This document shows, one piece after another, positions 41,116-49,308 of a stretch of 64,000 nt of DNA; position 1 is the stretch's first letter; each line of letters begins with the position of its first letter. The translations under genes were made by a program, and so were the position numbers. Origin of the DNA: a virus (lineage: Duplodnaviria; Caudoviricetes); IMG/VR virus record IMGVR_UViG_3300035661_000004. One strand, 5' to 3'. Below the pieces are notes generated by a model. The model saw only the letters and a list, made by a program, of their open reading frames with translations, was not told the DNA's origin and did not search any database.

Positions 41116-43701
41116 CGGGATTTCCTTTCCTATTGTGGTCTAGATAGTAACACCTGCCAAGCAAGTTGTAAACAAAAAGTTGTCAGGCTTTGATGATGTA
41201 GCCGAAGTGGGTGAGGACGACGAAGGCGGCGAGCCCGGTCAACGCCCGAAGGCTACCTTGAGGATGAGGTTGAACGGGTCGCTGCGGTTCCAGATCACCA
41301 TGAGGAAGCCGAACATCACGAAGCTGAGGCAGAGGTAGAGGGACAGGAGGCTCATGATCACACCATGTGGTTGAAAGCGTGTTCCAGGATGTCGCGCGCG
41401 TTTTGCGACACGCTCGGTTGCTCGGACTCCTCGCCAGAGCAAAGCTCCTCCAAAGCGTGCCGAGGCATGGCAGAGAGCTCCTTGTCGACGTCAGCGATGA
41501 CCTTCGAGTCAAACTTGAGGCGTACAACGCCCCACATCTTGTCCAGGACCTTGCTCTCGGGCATGGACCTATTGACGCAGCCATTGTCGTAGGCGATCTC
41601 GAGAAATGCAAATTGGAGGCTCATGCCGTCTCCTTAAGTATCACTGTTGTCGATAAGATGATTGTACACCCATTCGGACCGTGATGTAAACGGCTTTCAG
41701 CTCTTTGGAGCTACGTTCCGCTTGCCGGTGAAGCCTTCAGCCGCGGCGCGTGCCGCACGGTCCAAGGAGTTCTGGTAGTCCTGACCGGTGGCTTGCCGCA
41801 GCTCGGTCAAGCGGTCGCCAAGCTCCTTGGCCTCCTTGACCTCGACATCGGTCAAGCGGCCACCCAGGGCCTTGAGGACCAGCAGCGCGTCCTTCTTGCT
41901 CAAGGTGAAGGACCAGCGCGGGATGTAGGACACCTCGGGTGCTGGGTTGATCTCGTCAAAGTCTTGGCTCATGGTGTTGCTCCTTTAGCAAGCAAAGCGA
42001 TCAAAAAGCTCAGCAGGGCGACGCAGCCCAAGAGCAGGGCGATGCCTGCATGGCGCCCGTTCAGGCGCTTGAGAGCCGTGTTGAGTCGGTCATACACAGG
42101 TCCGTCGAGAGCATCGAAGGTGATCAGGCCCATGGCAAGGAGGGAGAAGGCGGTGATAGCGCCGCAGGCTTGGTAGATCATCATGAGCTCCTTGTTTGGG
42201 TGAGCGTGAGCGCGGGAGTGCTCTGAATGTCCAGCTCCTCCCGCACGGTGTTGCCGCTGTAGGTGACATGACACGGCCGAGTTGGACCTGGAAGCCGACA
42301 CGTTTGAAGGAGCCAGCTAAAGCCTCGGCCTCCTCGCGCTGGTCCATGGAGTATTCCAGCTTGAGCTGAACCAGGTCTACGAGAGCGTGAACAACGTACG
42401 TGATGCGGTGGGTGTTGTTCATTTTGCCCTCTTCAGAGCCTTGGCAAGCTCATCAGCGTAGATCGGCTTGGTGACGCCTTTCAGGCGAGCGCGCTCGACT
42501 ACCCGGCTGGCCGCTTGGTGAGGCGTGAGCCAGTTACGACCGTCGAACACGTGGTCGCCCGCCGGCTTGTTGCCAAGCTTGCGAGCCTCGGCCAGCTGCC
42601 GGCGGGCGGTCGGGTCCCGCCGCACCTCGGCTTCGGTCTTGCCTGACTTTGCCGCAGCTGCGTCATGAGCTTGCGCTCATGCTTGTTCATGACATGCTTG
42701 GTCGGAGCCGCATTGGCCTTACGCTCGCTCACGAAAGACTTTAGCTCCAAAGTCGGAGCGCGCATGACCCTGAAGCTCCAGTCTAGCGCCCTGAGCTCAG
42801 CAGCCGCTGTGGGAACAGGATCGTACCCGACTGGATACATGCGGCTTTGGTCACCGCACTCGATGCTAAGGAAGCCTGTCTTGTAGGCCTCCCAGGTCAT
42901 CGTCAAGGTGTCGCCGGCGTTGACCACTGTGACCTTGACTGTCCGCGCTTTGACTCGTTTGAAGGTCAGCTCATGGCCATCATCGATGCAGGCTTGCTGC
43001 ATGATGAGGAGAGCTCGTCGCATGTCAGACGAATTGCTCATGCTACTTCCTGCGCCGACGAGCGCGCTTGCGCTTCGGCTTAGGGACCAGATCTGAGAGC
43101 GTTGCTTGTCGCTCGATGTAGTACTGCCGGCGAGCCAGCCGCAGCTCTTCAGTGACTTGGCCGATCATGCGCGAAGCACAGTCACGGGAGCAAGCTTTTT
43201 GGAACTCGCGCGCCGGCGTGAAGGTGTGGCCGCAGCCGCCCCGGTTAGAGGCACAGCAGATGGATGAGTAGGTCATACCAGCTCCGCAAAGCCAAACGGC
43301 TTGCACTCGTAGGCGCGGCCGTTGACCTCGATCACGTCACCGACGGACATCGAGGTGTGGTTCAGCTCCTTGCTCGTGATTAGCTCGCGGGCTTCGCCGT
43401 TCGGGGACCAGCATTCACCTTGGAGAGAGCCGAAGATAGCTTCGAGGTGGGTTTCGGCGATGGAGCCCAACAGCACGTGCGTTGCCTCCAGGTTCTTCGG
43501 GTCAACCTTGACCTCGCCGAAGGTGATGTAGCGGGCGACCGCGGGCTTGTAGTACCAGACCTTCGTGGCGCCTGCATGCAGGGCGCAAAGGTTGGAATCA
43601 TTGAGCGATTTGAGCATCTTGCATCTCCAAGTATCACTGTTGCCGATATGATGATTGTACACCAGTACGGCCTCCGTGTAAACACTCGAGAGACAAAAAG
43701 A

Positions 43702-43797
43702 TGGCGGAAGGCTGAGTACTCGAAACCCATCCCGCTTGTTGAGAGCGAGACCCTCGGATTAGCAATCCGGTCCAGGCACCTACCTGGTTAACCTTCC
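43702..43797 (-). tRNA. tRNA-Ser(GCT)
   Basis: Cloverleaf with long variable arm, G73, encoded CCA. Confidence 0.92.
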
Positions 43798-44212
43798 ATG
43801 AATTCGCGCTTTACTCAGTCGTGATGATCTTCGAGCGGGTCGTCGTAGAGCCGTACATGTAAGCGTGCGTCAGGCCGTTTGTACAGCACCTCCTCGGACA
43901 CAGCGCAACCTGTAGCCTCCTTCAGGTGGTTGAGCGTGTCGGGAGCGTCACGCAGCGTGATAAGCAAGCTTTGACCAGACGCGCGAAGCACCGTGCCGTA
44001 CTCTGCATTGATTAGCCTTGCGGCGGTTTCGGGCGAGTACTTTGCGTCAAGCCCAACACGGACAATGTACCGCTTTTCCTTGCCAAGTGCTTCTGCAGCT
44101 GGCTCTTGTTCTTCAGCCTTCTTGCCAAAGATTCGGTCCCACCCGCTACGGTAGGAGTCGGTAGTTGACTTGGACTTGAGGGCATCGCCGGTAATGTCGT
44201 TGTGTGCTATCA

Positions 44213-44307
44213 TGGCGGATAGTTGAGTACTCGAAACCCAATCCCTCGTTACCGAAGAATCCCACTGCTTTCCAAGCAGGTCCGGTCACCTAACCGGTTA
44301 ACTATCC
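44213..44307 (-). tRNA. tRNA-Ser(GGA)
   Basis: Cloverleaf with long variable arm, G73, encoded CCA. Confidence 0.92.
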
Positions 44308-44310
44308 ATG

Positions 44311-44396
44311 TGTCCCGTACCGGACTCGAACCGGTACGCCTCTTCCGAGGCGGCAGAGTTTAAGCCTGCTGCGTCTACCAATTTCGCCAACGGGGC
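44311..44396 (-). tRNA. tRNA-Leu(TAA)
   Basis: Loop CT-TAA-AC, long variable arm, one acceptor-stem mismatch, no encoded CCA. Confidence 0.88.
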
Positions 44397-44487
44397 GGTG
44401 GAAGACGGAGGACTTGAACCCCAAGCCACATCTCTGTGACTCCCACTGCTTTCGAAGCAGGTCCGGACCCTGTCCGGTTCATCTTCC
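44397..44487 (-). tRNA. tRNA-Ser(CGA)
   Basis: Loop TT-CGA-AA, long variable arm. Confidence 0.88.
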
Positions 44488-44490
44488 GTA

Positions 44491-44635
44491 AGGTGACAGT
44501 AGGACTCGAACCTACGATGCATAGTCTGTCATGCTAGCTTATGCCATCGGTTCCTGCCATGGGCATGCGAGGGTGATAAGGCCTCTCCGTCTTGACTTGA
44601 CCGCGACGCTGTCTACCAATTTTCAGCATGTCACC
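44491..44635 (-). ncRNA. tRNA-like RNA with an oversized (about 90-100 nt) central region
   Basis: Acceptor GGTGACA/TGTCACC, Leu-type D loop and perfect T arm GTAGG-TTCGAGT-CCTAC, but no canonical anticodon arm. Confidence 0.7.
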
Positions 44636-44636
44636 T

Positions 44637-44719
44637 TGGTGCCCTCGGCGGGACTCGAACCCGCAAAAATCTAGCATCTCAAGCTAGTAGCTGTACCAAT
44701 TTGCATTTATCACGAGGGC
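44637..44719 (-). tRNA. tRNA-Leu(GAG), atypical (short variable loop, long D region)
   Basis: CTAGC-TT-GAG-AT-GCTAG; variable region ATTTTT; encoded CCA. Confidence 0.75.
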
Positions 44720-44767
44720 GTGATGTGTTTGCATTATATTACCTTTTCGGCCAAGGTGATATAAAGC

Positions 44768-44860
44768 GGCGGATGACAGAGGACTCGAACCCCAGCCCGG
44801 GTACTAGCCGAACCGTACCGCTTTCAAGGCGGCCCCGGACGCCCGCCCGGTTTATCATCC
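44768..44860 (-). tRNA. tRNA-Ser(TGA)
   Basis: Loop CT-TGA-AA, long variable arm, G73. Confidence 0.88.
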
Positions 44861-45415
44861 GATGATGAGGTGCTGCAGCTTAGCTACAGCTTCGTTCCAA
44901 GAGGCCCCAATGACGCTGTCAGGAACCCTTACGCTAATGCACCACCGAGGCTCAGCCTCCACGTCAATGGAGTGCGGAACGTCCGTGCGCACGAGCGTAA
45001 GCTCTTGCTTGACCTCATGGCTGTCAATAAGCGTGAGCTCCGTCTTAGGCCATGAGAGGTAGTCTGTCTCGACCATGGTCAGGCTTGCGGCACCTGCTTT
45101 GCCCTCATGCCCTGTGTACCACAGCATCTTGCTCCCCTTGCCGCCTAGGACCCAGTTAAAAGCAAATGCTTTCGGCCTAGTCGGCGTGCTCATGTCGATG
45201 TGCGCGATGGGGCTTCGAGCCCAAGGCTGCTTGTAGAACAAGATAGCCTGGCAGACCGGCAGGCCGATCAAGGTCATCCAGCGTAACCAATCATCGGTGA
45301 AGATGTCGGTCAGCGTAGGGTCATAGATAGCCCAGGGCTTGGGGTCAGCGGGGAGCGTCCAACCAGGTCTTAGGGCGCCCGCTGTCGGGATAGTCAGTTC
45401 ATGCCAGCACTTCAT
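44855..45415 (-). CDS. 2OG-Fe(II) oxygenase-like protein inside the tRNA array
   Basis: AHIDM (HxD), VPHSI, RWCISVR; TAAATA 5 nt before the ATG at 45415. Confidence 0.6.
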   Translation of the reverse strand: MKCWHELTIPTAGALRPGWTLPADPKPWAIYDPTLTDIFTDDWLRWMTLIGLPVCQAILFYKQPWARSPIAHIDMSTPTRPKAFAFNWVLGGKGSKMLWYTGHEGKAGAASLTMVETDYLSWPKTELTLIDSHEVKQELTLVRTDVPHSIDVEAEPRWCISVRVPDSVIGASWNEAVAKLQHLIIG

Positions 45416-46255
45416 GCTGGTATTTAGTCGCCACCGTGCCTCGCGATCCGGACGATGTCCTGGCTGGTCACGATCCGGCACTTCGCTTCGATCTCAGCGA
45501 TGCGGCGCTTGGGAATGTCGTAGTGGTCCTTGTGGAACCAGCAGCGAGCGATGTTGAGCTCCTGCGCCATCAGGTGCAGGTTCTCGATTGAGTAGGGCAA
45601 GCAGATGAGGTGCCTTGCCTTATCGGTCAGGTACTCGAGCTTCACCGCTTGAAGTTTCGGATGGCGTCGGACAGCGGCCCGAGCTCTGCGATCTCTTGGT
45701 CCTTGCGGTGGAAGGTGCAGCTAGGTTGTGAGCGCTTCCGTCCCTTGACAACCGGGTACAGCACGACAACCGGCTGATCGCACCCTGTGCGGTGGCACTT
45801 GTAGGGTGTCAGTTCGGTGCTTGAGCCATGACCGATGCGAGCCTTGCTCTTGTGCGCAAAGATGCCGCAGCTTGGGCAGCGGTAGACGGCGCGGACGCCT
45901 TCGACCGGCTTGTAGTTGTGAACGCAGCTCATTGAATCACCTTGTCGGCGCCGGCTTCCGTGATGGTCGTAATGTAACCCATGCGGGCGATGCGCTCAGC
46001 GGCTTCGATGTAACTGGTGTAGTGGTAAGCGCAACCAATGAGTGGGCTTGCAAAGCAGATGAAGCCTCGCGCAGCAGAGTCCTCGCAGCCTGGGTAGGTC
46101 AGCGGTTGGCCGCGATGAATTCCTGCGACCGCGTTGAACACCTCGACGCCGTCTTTTGTGACTACAATTTGTGTCGGGAAGGTCATGCTGTGCTCCTAAG
46201 TATCGGTTGGCAGAATGGAATGATTGTACATCATCACGATCCGCTTGTAAACACT

Positions 46256-46340
46256 TGGTGCGCCCGGTCGGACTCGAACCGACACGCCTTGCGGCAACAG
46301 ATTTTGAGTCTGCCGCGTCTACCCATTCCGCCACGGGCGC
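46256..46340 (-). tRNA. tRNA-Leu(CAA)
   Basis: Canonical cloverleaf, loop CT-CAA-AA, encoded CCA. Confidence 0.95.
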
Positions 46341-46344
46341 GTGA

Positions 46345-46854
46345 CTAAGTACGTTTCTTAAAACCCCACGTTGGAGTTTGTGTGTGACAGTTGGGACAGA
46401 TCATGCGTAAGTTTTCACGCCGATTGTCCTTGTTATCACCATTAGCGTGATCAAGCTGAAACACTAAGGGCTTGCCATTCCAAGTTTGTCCAAGGCCGCA
46501 TTCTTTACAAATGCCGCCTTGCTCTAACAACACGCGCTCATGGAAGCAGCTCTTAGGAACTTCGTGCCATGGTGCATCTGTTAAGTGGTGCTGCCGTTTG
46601 TCTTTTGCAATACGTGCGGCCATTAAACCGCCCTTGATTCTATCTTCGCGCATCGGCCCTGCAGTAGGTCTTCCTGCTTGATAGCCAGCTCTCAATGTAG
46701 CACTGCTTCTAGCTCGATTTGCTAAGCATTGATTAGCGCTCTTGCAGCAAATGTACTTTCCACTTGCACTAATGAATAGGGCAGTTTGCCCACAGTCGTA
46801 AGCACACATGTGTGCCGTTGAAATTGGTGTAGCTGGTTTAGGTCCGCGTTTCAT
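46345..46854 (-). mobile_element. HNH homing endonuclease inserted in the tRNA array
   Basis: CKEC...QLDHANGDNKDNRRENLRMICPNCHTQT; TAAATA at 46861-46866. Confidence 0.88.
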
Positions 46855-46866
46855 GCTGCCTATTTA

Positions 46867-46951
46867 GGTGCACACGGGGGAGACTTGAACTCCCAATCCC
46901 GAAGGCCACAGTGTCTGAGGCTGTGATGTATACCAATTCCATCACGTGTGC
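46867..46951 (-). tRNA. tRNA-Leu(CAG), with variable arm
   Basis: ACAGC-CT-CAG-AC-ACTGT; Leu-type D loop. Confidence 0.85.
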
Positions 46952-46954
46952 ATA

Positions 46955-47033
46955 TGGTGCCCTAGGCGGGACTCGAACCCGCAGAATTCCGCTTCTGAGG
47001 CGGACATGTTTACCAAGATTTCATCACCAGGGC
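46955..47033 (-). tRNA. tRNA-Leu(CAG), short variable loop
   Basis: TCCGC-CT-CAG-AA-GCGGA; variable region ATTCT; encoded CCA. Confidence 0.85.
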
Positions 47034-47039
47034 GGTGGG

Positions 47040-47120
47040 TGGAGGTAGAAGGAATCGAACCTTCATGACCGAAGTACCGGGGTTACAGTCCGGGCGCTCT
47101 CCATAGGCGTCTATACCTCC
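47040..47120 (-). tRNA. tRNA-Tyr(GTA)
   Basis: Loop CT-GTA-AC, long variable arm, A31.C39 mismatch. Confidence 0.85.
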
Positions 47121-47134
47121 AAGGGTCTTACGGG

Positions 47135-47215
47135 TGGATCAGGATAGGAGTCGAACCTACGTAGCTTTCGCGGGAGCCCAAACTGGCTCCTGGGCTCGTC
47201 TCACCCAGCTGATCC
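47135..47215 (-). ncRNA. Atypical cloverleaf tRNA-like RNA
   Basis: GGATCAG/CTGATCC acceptor, 5-bp D-like stem, GAGCC/GGCTC stem with a 6-nt loop, canonical TTCGA T loop. Confidence 0.65.
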
Positions 47216-47223
47216 ATTACTTT

Positions 47224-47308
47224 TGGTGGGGCCGCAAGGAATCGAACCTTGTTGGTCAGGGACACCGGGTTTACAGGCCGGGCAGAAGCCATTACTGTCT
47301 ACGACCCC
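47224..47308 (-). tRNA. tRNA-Tyr(GTA)
   Basis: Loop CT-GTA-AA, long variable arm, encoded CCA, C31.C39 mismatch. Confidence 0.88.
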
Positions 47309-47350
47309 AAAAGTAAAGCGCGAATTGTTAAAGAGCGTCACACCAATGAG

Positions 47351-47383
47351 AAAAAGCCTCGGACCTTTCGGTCGGAGGCTTTT
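47351..47383 (-). terminator. Attenuator terminator (3:4 hairpin) upstream of the first tRNA
   Basis: AAAAGCCTC-C-GACC-GAAA-GGTC-C-GAGGCTTTTT. Confidence 0.92.
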
Positions 47384-47410
47384 GCTAGGTGTGAAGGTAG
47401 AAGTTCTGTC

Positions 47411-47485
47411 TTACCCGATCATGCAAAAGCCTCCATCGCTATAAAGCGATGAGGAGCTCAAATATGATAGGGAGGTGTTCTTCAT
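47411..47485 (-). CDS. Attenuator leader peptide MKNTSLSYLSSSSLYSDGGFCMIG
   Basis: Codons 5-16 are all Ser/Leu/Tyr; contains antiterminator segment GGAGGCTTTTGC, complementary to 47374-47385. Confidence 0.88.
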   Translation of the reverse strand: MKNTSLSYLSSSSLYSDGGFCMIG

Positions 47486-47494
47486 GATGGTAGA

Positions 47495-47523
47495 ATTGTA
47501 TTTACAGTCGAAGTCGTTGTAAA
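47495..47523 (-). promoter_or_regulatory. Sigma70-type early promoter of the attenuated tRNA operon
   Basis: TTTACA-N17-TACAAT, same consensus as about 11 other copies in the window. Confidence 0.88.
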
Positions 47524-47791
47524 CCGGCTAAAGTGTAACAATCCTACTTGTACCGTTACTTGTTGTCCAACTTGGACTTAGCGAGAGCGGCCAGGCCGTT
47601 CGCTTCTTGAGCCCACTGCTCGAGCTTTGCTGGGTTACGCTTCAGCATCCAGCGGTAGAACCAGGCGCCGACTGCAGCGCCGACGAATGCGCCCACCAGG
47701 AACGGGTGGGTGAGGAAGTTAAGGATGAAGGTGAGGATGTCCCACATGGCGGTCTCCGAACGGCGAGCTTGCCGTGCCTAGTATTTAGCTG

Positions 47792-48475
47792 TCAGAACCG
47801 CTTATATGGCTTTAGGTTGTGGCTTGGATCTTGCATGTCGTCAGGCGTCATTTGCTTGATCGCCTCCGCGGCCTCTTTTAGCGCTTCATGGAGGTCGGTT
47901 GCTTCGGCTTTTGCGGCGTCATCGCCGTTGACATCATAGATCCAGACTCGGACCGTCGAATGGGTGGTGATGTTGATGTTGATGTGAGAGACGATGTACT
48001 GGTCATACACCTGGTGACCTGGCAGGTTGAACGGCGGGAAGATGTCCCAGTGCGCAACGTAGTCGTTGTCCTCACCGATGCCTTGCCGTTGGTCAATTGA
48101 TGTCACACCTAAGGCTGACTTCAGCTGCTGCTCAAACACCTTGAACATGAAGTCTCGCTGCATGACCTTGAAGATTTTCGGAATGTCAAACTTCTCCCCC
48201 GAAAAGACGCTACCGCTCGCAGCCGCCACGACGACATACTCTTCGGGTAGAGTCGGTGACGGTAGCAGGTCAACCCAGCCTTTGACTAAGCCGTGTGTGT
48301 CTGTGTAGGAGAGCCGTACGCCAGCCTTACCGGCTTCCTTAGCCTTGCCGTACACCTCTGTGGGGGCGAGGGTGATGTGAAGGTCAAGCGGGTAGTCAGC
48401 CATCGCCTGCTGAAGCTTTAGCGCAGCGGTGCGGGGTGACCTATCTCGGTTGGTGAACACATCTTCGACTAGCAT
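47792..48475 (-). CDS. Hypothetical late protein
   Basis: TAAATA at 48505-48510; starts MLVEDVF. Confidence 0.65.
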   Translation of the reverse strand: MLVEDVFTNRDRSPRTAALKLQQAMADYPLDLHITLAPTEVYGKAKEAGKAGVRLSYTDTHGLVKGWVDLLPSPTLPEEYVVVAAASGSVFSGEKFDIPKIFKVMQRDFMFKVFEQQLKSALGVTSIDQRQGIGEDNDYVAHWDIFPPFNLPGHQVYDQYIVSHININITTHSTVRVWIYDVNGDDAAKAEATDLHEALKEAAEAIKQMTPDDMQDPSHNLKPYKRF

Positions 48476-48523
48476 AGAATAAAGGGGGTGGCAAATGCCA
48501 CCCTTATTTAGCCGAGCTTGAAC

Positions 48524-49153
48524 TCAGCTCGTGATGAACTTCGGAGCCAAGTCACGGTACACGCGGCTGCGGTCCTTGTTGGCGATCCGTCCCAACAAGA
48601 AGGCCATCTGATCAGCCTGGATGTTGCGGTTGCGCATGATCATGGCTTCGGCCTTGCACGGGATGTACGGCAGGTAGAGCGGATCCATGGTCCGAGTGCC
48701 TTGCGGGCTGTACTGTCCATGCGGCAGCGGCTTGCCTGGCAGCAAGTCACCCTTCAGGTTGTTGCAGGCCTTGCAGGCCGTGACCACGTTCATCCACACG
48801 TCCGGGCCGCCCTTCGACACCGGCATGATGTGGTCACGAGTCAGGTCATGGCTCGTGAACAAGCCAGAGCAGTAGGCGCACATGTAGCGGTCACGCTGGA
48901 ACAGTGAGGAGTTCGTCAGCGCAGACGGCTTAACCCGCTTGACCGTTGACTCGCCCTTGATGACGATGATCGAAGCCGTCATCAGCTCGGACTGGGACTT
49001 GGTCACGGAGTTGTCACCACCACGGTAGGTGATGAGGTCATCGCCCAGGTGATCCAGGACTTGGCCCTTGGCTTCGCACATGATGGCCTCGTCACGGGTG
49101 ATCCACTCGTGAGGGGTCCAAGACTTGTCGAGTACCAGAACTTGATGCTGCAT
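48524..49153 (-). CDS. HNH endonuclease (McrA-like)
   Basis: VLVLD N-terminus; LFQRDRYMCAYC...TRDHIMPVSKGG...WMNVVTACKACNNLKG. Confidence 0.9.
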   Translation of the reverse strand: MQHQVLVLDKSWTPHEWITRDEAIMCEAKGQVLDHLGDDLITYRGGDNSVTKSQSELMTASIIVIKGESTVKRVKPSALTNSSLFQRDRYMCAYCSGLFTSHDLTRDHIMPVSKGGPDVWMNVVTACKACNNLKGDLLPGKPLPHGQYSPQGTRTMDPLYLPYIPCKAEAMIMRNRNIQADQMAFLLGRIANKDRSRVYRDLAPKFITS

Positions 49154-49277
49154 GATGTTCTCCTCTAGTTTCCAGCAGGTGCGGCTAAACCTATCTTCCT
49201 ACGTCCGCTTTGGCGCCTTGCAGGCGGTATTTATGATTGTACCCGGACCTCTACAGAATGTAAACCAAGCGCGCAAG

Positions 49278-49308
49278 AAAAAACCGCCCAGCTGTTAGGC
49301 CGGGCGGT
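49278..49308 (-). terminator. Rho-independent terminator downstream of the rIIB region
   Basis: ACCGCCC...GGGCGGT followed by a T tract on the minus strand. Confidence 0.7.

Noticed and set aside
44540-44569. Short frame GCA...GCA TAA (ACPWQEPMA) inside the 145-nt tRNA-like RNA as a second tmRNA tag
   Set aside because: The acceptor lacks G3.U70, a D stem is present, and the peptide and upstream context do not resemble tmRNA tags; probably chance.
47135-47215. tRNA-Sec
   Set aside because: No UCA anticodon, no 8/5 acceptor-T geometry and only a short extra arm.
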